A stretch of 41,079 nucleotides of DNA from a virus. Taxonomy: Duplodnaviria > Heunggongvirae > Uroviricota > Caudoviricetes. The position numbers were made by a program, and so were the translations under genes. This document shows positions 22,957 to 33,595 of the stretch, piece after piece (positions within the stretch are counted from its first letter, which is position 1; each line of letters starts with the position of its first letter). The notes beneath the pieces were generated by a model. It was not told the DNA's origin and did no database searches. It saw nothing but the letters and a program-made list of their open reading frames with translations. The stretch is taken from positions 1 to 41,079 of the IMG/VR virus record IMGVR_UViG_2778261579_000010; one strand, written 5' to 3'.

Positions 22957-23856
22957 GTCTTACCCCCAATAAGGGGATTTGCTCTATTTAATTAGGAATA
23001 AGGTCGATTACTGATAGAACAAATCCAGGCTACTGTGTTTAGTAATCAGATTTGTTCGTGACCGATATGCACGGGCAAAACGGCAGGAGGTTGTTAGCGC
23101 GACCTCCTGTCACCCGCTTTCACGAAGATCATGTGTAGAAGGCCGCAGCGTAACTATCACTGATGAATTCAGGATAGCCAGTGGCTACGGCCCAGTTTGG
23201 GTTGTGGCGGTCGGTGCTGAACTCCGACTTAATGACGATAGGCGTGTACCGACGCCTCGTTTTACTTCCTCCGCTTTCACGGCTTCACCCTAGACCAGCT
23301 TTACGAAATCCTCGTAAACCTAACCGCGGCAGATATGACCGGCACGGTGTGCCATATCACGGACCGGCGGGTGTCTCGTTCACCTGATTAACGCATCAGC
23401 CTGCGTATTCACCACAACTGAAAGAGCACTTGCGGAGTCGAACCGCCTTGGCTTCTAGAACTTTCGCATATAGCTAATCGCTAGTCTCCGTCACCAGTAA
23501 TGCTCTTTCCGTTGTGTGCCCATTATTAATCACACCGGGCCAGTGCGCCAGATTCGTTGATGAGGAACTGGAATACCTCACTGGTGTTTAGCGGTTAAGC
23601 TACGGCCAGATACATTTCTTCGTTTGCATTTATCTTTGTGATCAGTTTCTAAAAAACCGCAAAGTCGCTTACGAAAACCATCGGAAAGAACACATCTGTC
23701 TGCCGGGTCTCTGAATGATCTTCCAATCCAGCCCTATCAGTGCGTCGATATGCTCTTACCTGATAGCCTTCAATCTGGCTCAGGACTCTCGCGTATGAGT
23801 GTCAACGTGTCGTGCAGCACGCATTAACTCGAAGGTCCTGACCGGATTGCAGAAAT

Positions 23857-23886
23857 GAAAAAGCCCCGAGCTATTAACTCAGGGCT
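23857..23886 (-). terminator. tR'-like rho-independent terminator downstream of pR'
   Basis: Minus-strand hairpin GCCCTGAG-TTAATA-GCTCGGGGC followed by TTTTT, about 30-55 nt downstream of the predicted pR' start. Confidence 0.55.
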
Positions 23887-23921
23887 TTATTTAACGAGTG
23901 CATTTATCCATCGTTGGGTCA

Positions 23922-23950
23922 AATTTACCCAACTTTATTCAAAAAGTCAA
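23922..23950 (-). promoter_or_regulatory. Late promoter pR' (-35 TTGACT, 17-bp spacer, -10 TAAATT) with Q-binding region
   Basis: Minus-strand sequence TTGACTTTTTGAATAAAGTTGGGTAAATTTGACCCAACGATGG closely resembles lambda pR' as recalled; lies about 45 bp downstream of the Q stop. Confidence 0.6.
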
Positions 23951-23992
23951 TATCATGCCGTTAATATGTTGCCATCCGTGGCAATCATGCTG

Positions 23993-24616
23993 CTAACGTG
24001 TGACCGCATTCAAAATGTTGTCTGCGATTGACTCTTCTTTGTGGCATTGCACCACCAGAGCGTCATACAGCGGCTTAACAGTGCGTGACCAGGTGGGTTG
24101 GGTAAGGTTTGGGATTAGCATCGTTACAGCGCGATATGCGGCGCTTGCTGGCATCCTGGAATAGCCGACGCCTTTGCATCTTCCGCACTCTTTCTCGACA
24201 ACTCTCCCCCACTGCTCTGTTTTGGCAATATCAACGGCCCGGCCAGTACCGTGGCAATCTCTGCATCTTGCGCCCGGTGTCGCGGCACTACGGCAATAAT
24301 CCGCATAAGCGAATGTTGCGAGCACTTGCAGCACCTTTGCCTTAGTATTTCCTTCGAGCTTTGCCACACCACGGTATTTCCCCGATACCTTGTGTGCAAA
24401 TTGCATCAGATAGTTGATAGCCTTTTGTTTGTCGTTCTGGCTGAGTTCATGCTTACCACAGAATGCAGCCATTCCGAATCCGGCTTGTGATTGCGCCATC
24501 CCCATAGCAGCCATCACATCAGTACCGGAAAGAGAGTCAGAAGTCGTAGCCCGTGGTGAGTCGCTCATCATCGGGCTTTTTGGCGAATGAAATTTAGCTA
24601 CACTTTCGAGTCTCAT
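23993..24616 (-). CDS. Q: Late-gene antiterminator Q (lambda type)
   Basis: 207 aa; essentially identical to lambda Q as recalled (MRLESVAKFHSPKSPMMSDSPRAT...). Confidence 0.95.
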   Translation of the reverse strand: MRLESVAKFHSPKSPMMSDSPRATTSDSLSGTDVMAAMGMAQSQAGFGMAAFCGKHELSQNDKQKAINYLMQFAHKVSGKYRGVAKLEGNTKAKVLQVLATFAYADYCRSAATPGARCRDCHGTGRAVDIAKTEQWGRVVEKECGRCKGVGYSRMPASAAYRAVTMLIPNLTQPTWSRTVKPLYDALVVQCHKEESIADNILNAVTR

Positions 24617-24801
24617 GGTCTACCCCTCTTGCCCTGTTTGACCATCAGGACGCCGTTAACTATTACGTGACGCTCACCTTTGCTGTCTCGGTTGTACTTG
24701 AGCACTGTTCCTCTTGCGCAGGAAAGCATCCTTGCCACTTCGGTCTGATTGCCTCGTGTCTGGATAAGAAGTTCTGGTATCGTTTGAATTGTGGCGTTCA
24801 T
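24613..24801 (-). CDS. ninH: NinH-like protein
   Basis: 62 aa; central IPELLIQTRGNQTEVARMLSCARGTVLKY resembles lambda NinH. Confidence 0.7.
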   Translation of the reverse strand: MNATIQTIPELLIQTRGNQTEVARMLSCARGTVLKYNRDSKGERHVIVNGVLMVKQGKRGRP

Positions 24802-25160
24802 ACGTTCTCCAGTTCGGTGATTTTTATTCCAAGCCGTCCGCCTGGTACTTTCACACCACGAATTACGCGAATGTCATCGAATTGCTCGTCGTCTTCCGCA
24901 AATCCGGCGTGGATAAGGGAGTCGAGTAAACCTTTCAGGATGTTGTCGAGGTCGCGGCGGCGGGAGTCTGGAACGTCTGCGATGACTTTGATGCGGAGTC
25001 GTGATTTGGTGAAAATGTCTAACTTGAGTTGGCGGATGATTTGCTGAACGTCTTTTCGGTATTTCTGGCCTTTATCGCTGATGTAGTATTGACTCCCCCG
25101 TCTTCGCCAGTAGGTGTTCAGCGACGGTGGGTATGGAAGCACAAACTGATATTCGTTCAT
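24798..25160 (-). CDS. rusA: Holliday-junction resolvase RusA
   Basis: 120 aa; RusA motifs (DVPDSRRRDLDNILKGLLDSL, GGRLGIKITE). Confidence 0.85.
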   Translation of the reverse strand: MNEYQFVLPYPPSLNTYWRRRGSQYYISDKGQKYRKDVQQIIRQLKLDIFTKSRLRIKVIADVPDSRRRDLDNILKGLLDSLIHAGFAEDDEQFDDIRVIRGVKVPGGRLGIKITELENV

Positions 25161-25447
25161 GACTTAATCTTCCCCTCCTTCAGCAGTATCGCCTGCGTCC
25201 TGATCACGCCTTCGAGGTGGTAAAGTCTGGCGTCTTTGTTGTCGAGGTTATGGGTGCGTCGGTCGATTTCATCGTGACACGCGCTACAAGCCCATGCGCC
25301 GATCAGGTCGTCAGGCTTCATTCCAGTTCCGCAAATTCCAGCCATCCGGTAATGCGCCAGAACTGTAGTTTCAGGATTGCCATTGCATACGCCGTAAATA
25401 CGTACCTGACATTCTCTGCCGCGTGCTTCTTTGCGTAGATTGGCCAT
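25157..25447 (-). CDS. YbcO/DUF1364-like Cys-rich putative nuclease (nin region)
   Basis: 96 aa; cysteine pattern C..C...C..CHDEID; sits directly upstream of rusA as ybcO does in DLP12 (recalled). Confidence 0.6.
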   Translation of the reverse strand: MANLRKEARGRECQVRIYGVCNGNPETTVLAHYRMAGICGTGMKPDDLIGAWACSACHDEIDRRTHNLDNKDARLYHLEGVIRTQAILLKEGKIKS

Positions 25448-26169
25448 TAAGCAGCCTCCCCTGTTACTTTCAGCATTCCGTTATCGAGCAGCTTTCTGGT
25501 CAGCCACTGTTGGCCACGCCCGGTGATTTTTGTGGTGAACGATATCTGTATTCCGTGATTTGTATTGACCGCTGTTTCTTTCACTGTGAAATAGCCGCGA
25601 TCCATATATTCCTGCATTGGCACATTTCGCCGGGAACCTGAAGCAATAAGGATTTTGTGATCGCGCATCCACGCAAACAGTTTGTTTGGACCAATTCCAA
25701 CAACCTTTGCAAAGTTTCCAATCAAAATTCCGCTGGCCTCGCCAACGCGATCGGCAAACTCAACTTTAGGTGCGGCAATTGCGAGCTGGTTTTCCAGTTG
25801 CATTTTCTGCTCAGCAAGGTCAGCAGCAAGGCGCAACGCTTCTGGTAGCGTTTTTGGGATATTAACCGCAGTTTCTTCAAGCTCTCGCCAACGATCAACA
25901 AGACGAGCGGTGAATTCCGGCGACAACTGAGCGACGACAATAATGCTGTCTCGCTTACCTTGTTCGCCCTCAAAAACGTAAGCCTCTACGCCACGAAGTA
26001 ATCCTAAGTTATTGATTTTTTCGAAAACCACCATTGGGGGATTTCGGATCACACCTCGAGCCGCCAGTCGTTCAATAGATTGTTTCACCTTGTCATGACG
26101 ACTTCCCACCAACTCAGCGATTTCAATGCTTGTCATTTTGATGGCATTGCCATTTATTAACTCACTCAT
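25447..26169 (-). CDS. Rha-like / KilA-C antirepressor-family protein
   Basis: 240 aa; N-terminal Rha-like segment (TSIEIAELVGSRHDKVKQSIERL), C-terminal region resembling the KilA-C domain of antirepressors. Confidence 0.65.
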   Translation of the reverse strand: MSELINGNAIKMTSIEIAELVGSRHDKVKQSIERLAARGVIRNPPMVVFEKINNLGLLRGVEAYVFEGEQGKRDSIIVVAQLSPEFTARLVDRWRELEETAVNIPKTLPEALRLAADLAEQKMQLENQLAIAAPKVEFADRVGEASGILIGNFAKVVGIGPNKLFAWMRDHKILIASGSRRNVPMQEYMDRGYFTVKETAVNTNHGIQISFTTKITGRGQQWLTRKLLDNGMLKVTGEAA

Positions 26170-26338
26170 CGTCTTCTTCCTCGTACATTGAGCTATTCGG
26201 ATCGCTCATCAGTTCTGCACAGCAGTGCTCACACACGTGAACTTCCAGCACATGCAGCTTCTGGCCGCAGTTAGCGCACGTTAAAGCCCGCTCGACGCTT
26301 TCTTTCTGGTATTGAAGGGATTGGGATGGGCTAAGCAT
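26162..26338 (-). CDS. ninF: NinF-like small zinc-binding protein
   Basis: 58-aa ORF not in the supplied track: [58 protein letters not shown]; CxxC...CxxCC pattern. Confidence 0.6.
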   Translation of the reverse strand: MLSPSQSLQYQKESVERALTCANCGQKLHVLEVHVCEHCCAELMSDPNSSMYEEEDDE

Positions 26339-26703
26339 TATTGGATTCTCTGCATCATGAGAAAGACAATCATGGCGGCGCGAAGGGGATTTTCATGTAT
26401 AGCTCGCTTAGATTTACAGTAGGCCACACCGCGTGCACCCCACTCGTCTTCATCGAGATTGATAATGCTAATCCTGTATTTTTCAATAATCGGCCATGAG
26501 TCTGCTGGGTTTGCGCATGGGTTAAAGGATCCGCGCTCAACTTCTACTTCAACTGCGTCTCCGTTTACAATGTCTCCCTCAAATGAGACAAACACCATAT
26601 CGCCATTCTCACCTTCTTTGTAATCCGGTGATCCGTTATGAATGGCTTCGAATACCGCCACGTTAATTTCAAAATCACTTAACTGTGAATAATCCATTGT
26701 CAT
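26338..26703 (-). CDS. Hypothetical nin-region protein
   Basis: About 121 aa from [24 protein letters not shown]; start uncertain (26703 or 26697). Confidence 0.5.
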   Translation of the reverse strand: MTMDYSQLSDFEINVAVFEAIHNGSPDYKEGENGDMVFVSFEGDIVNGDAVEVEVERGSFNPCANPADSWPIIEKYRISIINLDEDEWGARGVAYCKSKRAIHENPLRAAMIVFLMMQRIQ

Positions 26704-26876
26704 TTCCTCGCACGATGTCTTAGCCACCGGATATCCCACAGGTGAGCCGTGTAGTTGAAGGTTTTTACGTCAGATTCTTTTGGGATTGGCTTGCGTTTAT
26801 TTCTGGAGCGTTTCGTTGGAAGGTATTTGCAGTTTTCGCAGATGATGTCGGTGAAACTTCGTCGCTGTCGTCTCAT
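26700..26876 (-). CDS. ninE: NinE
   Basis: 58 aa from [51 protein letters not shown], matching lambda NinE as recalled. Confidence 0.8.
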   Translation of the reverse strand: MRRQRRSFTDIICENCKYLPTKRSRNKRKPIPKESDVKTFNYTAHLWDIRWLRHRARK

Positions 26877-27283
26877 TCGTACCTCCTGTCGGTAAATCTG
26901 ACACCCTGACCAATAGCCCATGCTGTCGTGTACTCAATTAGACTTGCCATACGCTTCACACTCATCTGCGCGCTGCTTTCGCGAATGTTGACGTATTCGC
27001 CTTCAAGGCCGGGCAAAACATCAGCTTCCTGTTTTGTTGCCACTGCATGACCGCTGATCAACAAAACCTTCCATTGTTCTGGTTTTAGCCATTTATCGCA
27101 CCATTGAACCTGACGAGCGATATCCGCCAGCATCGCGTGAAATTTTGCGTTCTGGTCAAGGTTGCGCTTGTAGTCAGTAATGCGGATGGTGACTGGCTTG
27201 TCTTTATCGAGTGGTGTTGCGAGGATGGCGTTGATTGCGGCTTGCTGTTGTTGCTTAGTTCGGAGGAAGATTGTTTGCTTCAT
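26873..27283 (-). CDS. ninB: NinB (Orf-family recombination mediator)
   Basis: 136 aa from [12 protein letters not shown] with GAAGGAG RBS; central [19 protein letters not shown] resembles lambda NinB. Confidence 0.75.
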   Translation of the reverse strand: MKQTIFLRTKQQQQAAINAILATPLDKDKPVTIRITDYKRNLDQNAKFHAMLADIARQVQWCDKWLKPEQWKVLLISGHAVATKQEADVLPGLEGEYVNIRESSAQMSVKRMASLIEYTTAWAIGQGVRFTDRRYE

Positions 27284-27285
27284 CG

Positions 27286-27552
27286 TTACTCCTTCACTTT
27301 GACTCCAGCAGCGCGAATCAGTCCTTCGCATTCACTAATTGCGTCGTTATAACCAAATGTGACCCCATCCTCGAAATCGGTAGAAAATGCCTCACGCTCT
27401 CTTTCTCCAGGACACTCAATCTCGATAGCTGCTCGCGATGCCTGCCACGCTTGCCAATACATCTCAACCATATTGGCGTATATTTTATTTTTAGGATCAC
27501 ATCCGGTGTAATTTTCAAACCATTCTTCAAACTGCTTTCTTGATTCGTCCAT
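27286..27552 (-). CDS. Hypothetical phage protein
   Basis: 88-aa acidic ORF abutting the ninB start. Confidence 0.5.
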   Translation of the reverse strand: MDESRKQFEEWFENYTGCDPKNKIYANMVEMYWQAWQASRAAIEIECPGEREREAFSTDFEDGVTFGYNDAISECEGLIRAAGVKVKE

Positions 27553-27569
27553 CGATACTTACCCTCAGT

Positions 27570-27776
27570 TCAACTCACAAAACGCCACGCCATTTTTGCT
27601 ACAGCGACAGGCATAACACCGATAATCACCCACAGGAGAATGCTACCGAACAGCACACCCACCAGGTCTTTACCTTCGCCTACCAACCGGACAAAACTTC
27701 CGACAACCACAATGAACGTCGCCACCATCCACATAGCACCGAGAAGCCTCAATGCAGAGAAAATTAACTCAGCCAC
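27570..27776 (-). CDS. Small hydrophobic membrane protein
   Basis: 68 aa with two hydrophobic helices. Confidence 0.45.
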   Translation of the reverse strand: MAELIFSALRLLGAMWMVATFIVVVGSFVRLVGEGKDLVGVLFGSILLWVIIGVMPVAVAKMAWRFVS

Positions 27777-27794
27777 GATTTACCCTCCCCCAAA

Positions 27795-27823
27795 TAAAAA
27801 GGCCTGCAATTACCAGCAGGCCT
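27795..27823 (-). terminator. Rho-independent terminator downstream of the primase-helicase gene
   Basis: Minus-strand hairpin GGCCTGCTGGTAATTGCAGGCC followed by TTTTTATTT. Confidence 0.55.
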
Positions 27824-27852
27824 GTTATTAGCTCAGTGATGTAGATGGTCAT

Positions 27853-29733
27853 TTAATACTCCGTCACGTTTTCCTGTCGCCACGCCTCGTCATATTCCGA
27901 TTTCGGCATATTAGCGATGTAGCTATATGGCGACCCTGATTCAAGTTGCAGGAACTGGTGCGATTGCTCGTCAAGGAACAACGGGACACCACCTTCCCAA
28001 CCTTCGCCGTTACGTTGTTTTTCAAGCATCAAAACAGATGCCGGAGATGCCAGTAGCTGTTCGTCCTTCTCTGACATCTTTTCACCACTCTGAACTCTCT
28101 GTAACGCTCTCTCGCGAGCCTTGTTACGCCAGATGATGAAAAGGTTGTCTGTCAGGTCTGTTATCGCTCCAGAGCCTTTTACGTCCATTTTCCCGGTTGG
28201 TTTTTCTTCGCTGTCTCCTTTTCGCGAGTGAGTAACGAGAATGACGTGGGAGTTTGTTTTGTTTTTGAAGTCGCAAATCGAGTCAACAAACGCCTTCTGC
28301 CCGTTATAGTCATCGTCGCCTATGCCACATTTCATCAGGCTGTCGATGATGAATAACTGGATCCCGTATCGGCGGCGAGCGTAGTCGAATATTTCGATCA
28401 GCCTGTCGGCTTTCGCCGTTCCGGTCAGGCCAAACACCCAAAGTCTTTCGTCATAAAATTTAAATGCAGAGTCAATTTCCAGCACTGGCGGCATCTTGCA
28501 GCACGTCGCCTGACGGGTAAGGCGCTTAAGGAGAATACCAGGCTTCAGCTCAAGTGACGCGATGCACGTCTTCACACCCTGACGCATTGCCTCAAGTGCC
28601 ATATGCCCGACAACCTCCGTTTTTCCGTGACCGTTCACACCATTGACCAGCGTCAACTCTGCCTCACGGAACTGGAATTTATCTGCCAGAGATTCCCACG
28701 GTGGATTAAACAGATACTGCTGCTTGCCGTAGAAAGCGTTGATAGTGTCCTGGTAAAACTCTCGCGCGCTGTAGAGTTCTTCAGGATCGAAGTAGGATGC
28801 CGTGCCGATGTACTGCCAGATTTCATCCTCGGTAACACCGTTCATCAGGCATTCGTTGATGTCTTTGTACGGCAGAGTAACAAGACGGCAACGATGTTCA
28901 CCGAGTCGGCTTGCGATTTCCCTTGCGGCTTCACGACCAACATCATCAACATCCATCGAGATGAATATTTCCTCAAACCTGTCGAGGTTGTGATACTCAA
29001 ACTCAATCCACTGTTGCTTAGCGCCTTTCCCGCCACCAAACGGCACGGATAACGCCGAGATGCCGTATTGCGCATAGCTCATACAATCAATTTCGCCTTC
29101 GCAAAGTACAACCGCCCTCACGCCAGCGTCCAGAGCCTGCCATCCGAACAGACAAGGTTCGCAATCACCTTCTGCCATAATGACTTTCTTCCCGTCCGGG
29201 CGCTCAGTGCTGATTCGCTTTACCTGCAACAACTCACCATCGCGTTTGTACGGAATCACCAGAGCATCCAGTTCTCGCTCTCCATTCCACACCTTGCCGC
29301 TGACAACCTCGTAGCGCTTTACGATTTCTGGCGATATGCCACGCGATTGCAGGTACTCAAGATGGGATTCTGTTCTGGTAACGTAGCGGGCGATTTTCTT
29401 GCGGTCAGGTCTGGAGAATTTCTTCTCACGTTTGGCATCGAAATGGTGATCGTCATCCTTGATTCCGAGAAAGGCTTTCGCTTCCTGCATAGCCTGATGC
29501 AGGTTAATTCCACGACATGCCATCCACAAATCAAGCATGTCACCGCCGTCTCCCTCAGCGAAATCAGCCCATTTTTTCTTGCCGCTAAGGTTGACCTTAA
29601 GGCTGTTTCCCTTGTCACCGTTGACGTTACCGGCAACCCACTCATGCCCCTCTTTCTTGCCGTTTGGCAACAGGTGCGGAGCCACCCTGTCAACCTGCGC
29701 CCAAAGCAGGTCGCTAAGTTCACTTGGCGTCAT
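27853..29733 (-). CDS. Bifunctional DNA primase / replicative helicase (TOPRIM plus RecA-like helicase domains)
   Basis: 626 aa; central TOPRIM-like acidic cluster (VVLCEGEIDCMSY), C-terminal Walker A (GVNGHGKTE) and Walker B (QLFIIDSLMK) motifs; directly downstream of the O-like initiator. Confidence 0.75.
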   Translation of the reverse strand: MTPSELSDLLWAQVDRVAPHLLPNGKKEGHEWVAGNVNGDKGNSLKVNLSGKKKWADFAEGDGGDMLDLWMACRGINLHQAMQEAKAFLGIKDDDHHFDAKREKKFSRPDRKKIARYVTRTESHLEYLQSRGISPEIVKRYEVVSGKVWNGERELDALVIPYKRDGELLQVKRISTERPDGKKVIMAEGDCEPCLFGWQALDAGVRAVVLCEGEIDCMSYAQYGISALSVPFGGGKGAKQQWIEFEYHNLDRFEEIFISMDVDDVGREAAREIASRLGEHRCRLVTLPYKDINECLMNGVTEDEIWQYIGTASYFDPEELYSAREFYQDTINAFYGKQQYLFNPPWESLADKFQFREAELTLVNGVNGHGKTEVVGHMALEAMRQGVKTCIASLELKPGILLKRLTRQATCCKMPPVLEIDSAFKFYDERLWVFGLTGTAKADRLIEIFDYARRRYGIQLFIIDSLMKCGIGDDDYNGQKAFVDSICDFKNKTNSHVILVTHSRKGDSEEKPTGKMDVKGSGAITDLTDNLFIIWRNKARERALQRVQSGEKMSEKDEQLLASPASVLMLEKQRNGEGWEGGVPLFLDEQSHQFLQLESGSPYSYIANMPKSEYDEAWRQENVTEY

Positions 29734-29840
29734 GATTCCCTCAGATTGAGATTTTTAAACCAGAAATCGACAAACGAAATACTTAACCAGCCGTGGTTAT
29801 AACCAGCGACCAGTAGCGATTTGATTTTTGATTTCATGGT

Positions 29841-30701
29841 TCACCTGTCGAAAAACACGTAGCCAGTTTTCGATACGGTGATTGCGGATGATGGTTTGGA
29901 TTGTGGTTGAATAGTTTCTGGCTTCTCGTCGTTCCAGCGTTGACCGTTCAGGTAGCTCGATGGTAACAACCTGTCGAATCCGAACTGCTTACCATTCCTG
30001 CATGCGATGTCTTCTGCCAGCATCGTGGCAAACTCGCTTGCCGTACCCCTGGTAGTTTTACGCCATTCCCTGAACTGTGTTCTGAATGCCGAAGCCGCGT
30101 TTTTCTTCCCGGCTTTCCGCATGCCTGCACACCAGAATATTTCCTCGAATGCCTTGTCGGTTTCTTCGTGACGGTCAGATGATTTTTCACACTCCGTCCG
30201 AACACTTTCGGACATAGTGTTTTTATTATTTCTTTTTTCTTTTGTAATAGTTTCTTTTGTGTGTCCCTGTTTTGGTGACAGCGCTGTCACCGTTTTGGTG
30301 ACACTTTTTGTCACCAATGCAGTGACATTATCACCAGAGTAGTGACACCCTTCGATTTGCCATTCTTCGATGTTCTTGTTAGGCCCGATTTGCTGGCCTT
30401 CGCGAAGGATAACCTTCATCGCGATAAGCTCATTCTTGGCCTTGTTTACCTTCTGTCTTGGCAGCCTGGTAATTTGAGCTAACTGACTATCAGAAATGCG
30501 ATCCATCTTTTTACCGTAGCCGTATGTTTTACGGCATATGGCGTGGGCAACCTTGCTCTGATTTTTCGTTAAATCTGCGCCGATAAGCTCTTCATACAGG
30601 GCATTTGCAAGACGGGTATAACCATCTTCAACTTCTGCCACACGACGCTCCACAGGCCGTTGTGAAGGCCTTAAATGTGTTACGGTTGCAAGATTACTCA
30701 T
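29841..30701 (-). CDS. O: Replication initiator, lambda O-like
   Basis: 286 aa; N-terminal domain ([56 protein letters not shown]...GPNKNIEEW) matches lambda O as recalled; iterons lie inside the gene. Confidence 0.8.
   Translation of the reverse strand: MSNLATVTHLRPSQRPVERRVAEVEDGYTRLANALYEELIGADLTKNQSKVAHAICRKTYGYGKKMDRISDSQLAQITRLPRQKVNKAKNELIAMKVILREGQQIGPNKNIEEWQIEGCHYSGDNVTALVTKSVTKTVTALSPKQGHTKETITKEKRNNKNTMSESVRTECEKSSDRHEETDKAFEEIFWCAGMRKAGKKNAASAFRTQFREWRKTTRGTASEFATMLAEDIACRNGKQFGFDRLLPSSYLNGQRWNDEKPETIQPQSKPSSAITVSKTGYVFFDR
30255..30345. repeat. Replication origin iterons inside the O gene
   Basis: Clustered repeats of GGTGACA / TGTCACC (e.g. TTTTGGTGACAGCGCTGTCACCGTTTTGGTGACAC) in the linker-coding region of O, as for ori-lambda. 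Confidence 0.7.
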
Positions 30702-30840
30702 GACCTTTCTCCTTCTGCATCAGCTTCACTTTTTCCAACTCAGCCCGGAATCGACCAGGCTGCTTGAAGCTGGACAGGAAGCGATCACGTAGTATGTGTT
30801 TGTGAATTTTGTCCTGGTAAGGACTGAGTTGTTTTGTCAT
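30694..30840 (-). CDS. Small ORF between cII and O (48 aa)
   Basis: Not in the supplied track; [48 protein letters not shown]; AGGAG RBS 7 nt upstream; its stop overlaps the O start codon. Confidence 0.4.
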   Translation of the reverse strand: MTKQLSPYQDKIHKHILRDRFLSSFKQPGRFRAELEKVKLMQKEKGHE

Positions 30841-30872
30841 AATTACTCCTGTGGATTGATCCAGTAATGACC

Positions 30873-31166
30873 TCAGAATTCCATCTGGATTTGTTCAGAA
30901 CGCTCGGTTGCCGCCGGGCGTTTTTTATTGGTGAGAATCGAAGCAACTTGTCGTGCCAATCGAGCCATGTCGTCGTCAACGACACCCCATTCAAGAACAG
31001 CAAGCAGCATTGAGAACTTTGGAATCCAATCCCTCTTCCACCTGCTGATCTGCGACTTATCAACTCCCACAGCTTCCGCTGTCTTCTCAGTTCCAAGCAT
31101 TGCGATTTTGTTAAGCAACGCACTCTCGATTCTTAGAGCCTCGTTGCGTTTGTTTGCACGAACCAT
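30873..31166 (-). CDS. cII: Transcriptional activator CII (lambda type)
   Basis: 97 aa from [51 protein letters not shown], near-identical to lambda CII as recalled. Confidence 0.95.
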   Translation of the reverse strand: MVRANKRNEALRIESALLNKIAMLGTEKTAEAVGVDKSQISRWKRDWIPKFSMLLAVLEWGVVDDDMARLARQVASILTNKKRPAATERSEQIQMEF

Positions 31167-31245
31167 ATGTAAGTATTTCCTTAGATAACAATTGATTGAA
31201 TGTATGCAAATAAATGCATACACCATAGGAGTGGTTTAATTTGAT

Positions 31246-31277
31246 GCCCTTTTTCAGGGCTGGGATGTGTAAGAGCG
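31246..31277 (-). promoter_or_regulatory. nutR (boxA CGCTCTTACACATCCC, boxB GCCCTGAAAAAGGGC)
   Basis: Minus-strand boxA and boxB between cro and cII in the lambda arrangement. Confidence 0.75.
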
Positions 31278-31285
31278 GGAATGTC

Positions 31286-32638
<1,353 letters not shown>

Positions 32639-32687
32639 TCCCCACCTCAATCTCGATAACCAAAAACAAACTATTTTTCATTTAAAA

Positions 32688-32755
32688 ACAATGGAGTTTG
32701 TTTTTCACGCCCATTTTTACAATATTTCTTGTTTACAACATACAATCTTTCTTGT
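32688..32755. promoter_or_regulatory. OL operators of 434 type with pL
   Basis: Three ACAA-N6-TTGT sites: ACAATGGAGTTTGT (32688..32701), ACAATATTTCTTGT (32719..32732), ACAATCTTTCTTGT (32742..32755). Confidence 0.7.
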
Positions 32756-32799
32756 AATTTTAAACCATCAGCAGGACGCACTAACCACCATGAAGGTGA

Positions 32800-32830
32800 C
32801 GCTCTTAAAAATTTAGCCCTGAAGAAGGGC
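32800..32830 (+). promoter_or_regulatory. nutL (boxA CGCTCTTAAAAATT, boxB GCCCTGAAGAAGGGC)
   Basis: Lambda-type boxA and boxB hairpin upstream of N. Confidence 0.8.
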
Positions 32831-32987
32831 AGCATTCAAAGCAGAAGGCTTTGGTGTGTGTGATACGAAACGAAGCATTGGCCGGAAGTGCGAATCCGGA
32901 TTAGCTGCCAATGTGCCATTGCGGGGTGTTTTCGTTCAGGACTACGACTCCCACACACAACCAAAGCTAACTGACAGGAGAATCCAG

Positions 32988-33320
32988 ATGGATGCACAAA
33001 CACGCCGCCGCGAACGTCGCGCAGAGAAACAGGCTCAATGGAAAGCAGCAAATCCCCTGTTGGTTGGGGTAAGCGCAAAGCCAGTTAACCGCCCTATTCT
33101 CTCGCTGAATCGCAAACCGAAATCACGAGTAGAAAGCGCACTGAATCCGATAGACCTTACGGTGCTGGCTGAATACCACGAACAGATTGAAAGCAACCTG
33201 CAACGTATTGAGCGCAAGAATCAGCGCACATGGTACAGCAAGCCACGCAGTGAAATGGGTGTGACATGCTCAGGCCGCCAGAAGCAACGCGGAAAATCAA
33301 TTCCAGCTTATTACGATTGA
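32988..33320 (+). CDS. N: Antiterminator N (lambda type)
   Basis: 110 aa from MDAQTRRRERRAEKQAQWKAANPLLVGVSAKPVNRPILSLNRKPKSRVESALNPIDLTVLAEYH, matching lambda N including the Arg-rich motif; CAGGAG RBS. Confidence 0.9.
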   Translation: MDAQTRRRERRAEKQAQWKAANPLLVGVSAKPVNRPILSLNRKPKSRVESALNPIDLTVLAEYHEQIESNLQRIERKNQRTWYSKPRSEMGVTCSGRQKQRGKSIPAYYD

Positions 33321-33325
33321 GGTTA

Positions 33326-33595
33326 ATGATGAAGTTCAAATTGAACGATGAAGTTAAATGGTCAAGCTCATCAAACGGTGTAACGAAGGTAAAAATCGGG
33401 TTTATTGTCGAGGTGATTCCTCCTGGTGTCAACGTAAAAAAATTCGAACTAGGCCGTCTGCTAGATGCACCTGGCCTTCCGAGGAAAGAAGAGAGCTATA
33501 TAGTTTGTGTAGGTCCAAGACCCGGATCTCGTGCCAAGCCAAAATATTACTGGCCGCGAGTTAATAACCTGCGTCACTTACACGATGACAAATAG
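33326..33595 (+). CDS. Hypothetical early-left protein
   Basis: 89 aa from MMKFKLNDEVKWSSSSNG; RBS GAGG; immediately downstream of N. Confidence 0.55.
   Translation: MMKFKLNDEVKWSSSSNGVTKVKIGFIVEVIPPGVNVKKFELGRLLDAPGLPRKEESYIVCVGPRPGSRAKPKYYWPRVNNLRHLHDDK

Noticed and set aside
23181-23387. 68-aa ORF on the plus strand in the late leader
   Set aside because: Antisense to the late operon, no RBS, Arg/Pro-rich low-complexity translation; likely spurious.
23401-23520. Possible tRNA gene on the minus strand in the Q-S leader (T-arm-like GGCGG-TTCGACT-CCGC with a 7-8 bp acceptor-like stem)
   Set aside because: I could not fold a convincing D-arm or anticodon arm and the spacing is off (about 82-90 nt without a clear variable arm); kept only as a structured-RNA hint, to be settled by tRNAscan-SE or Infernal.
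30785-31123. 112-aa ORF overlapping cII in another frame
   Set aside because: Overlaps the near-identical lambda cII gene out of frame; no start context.
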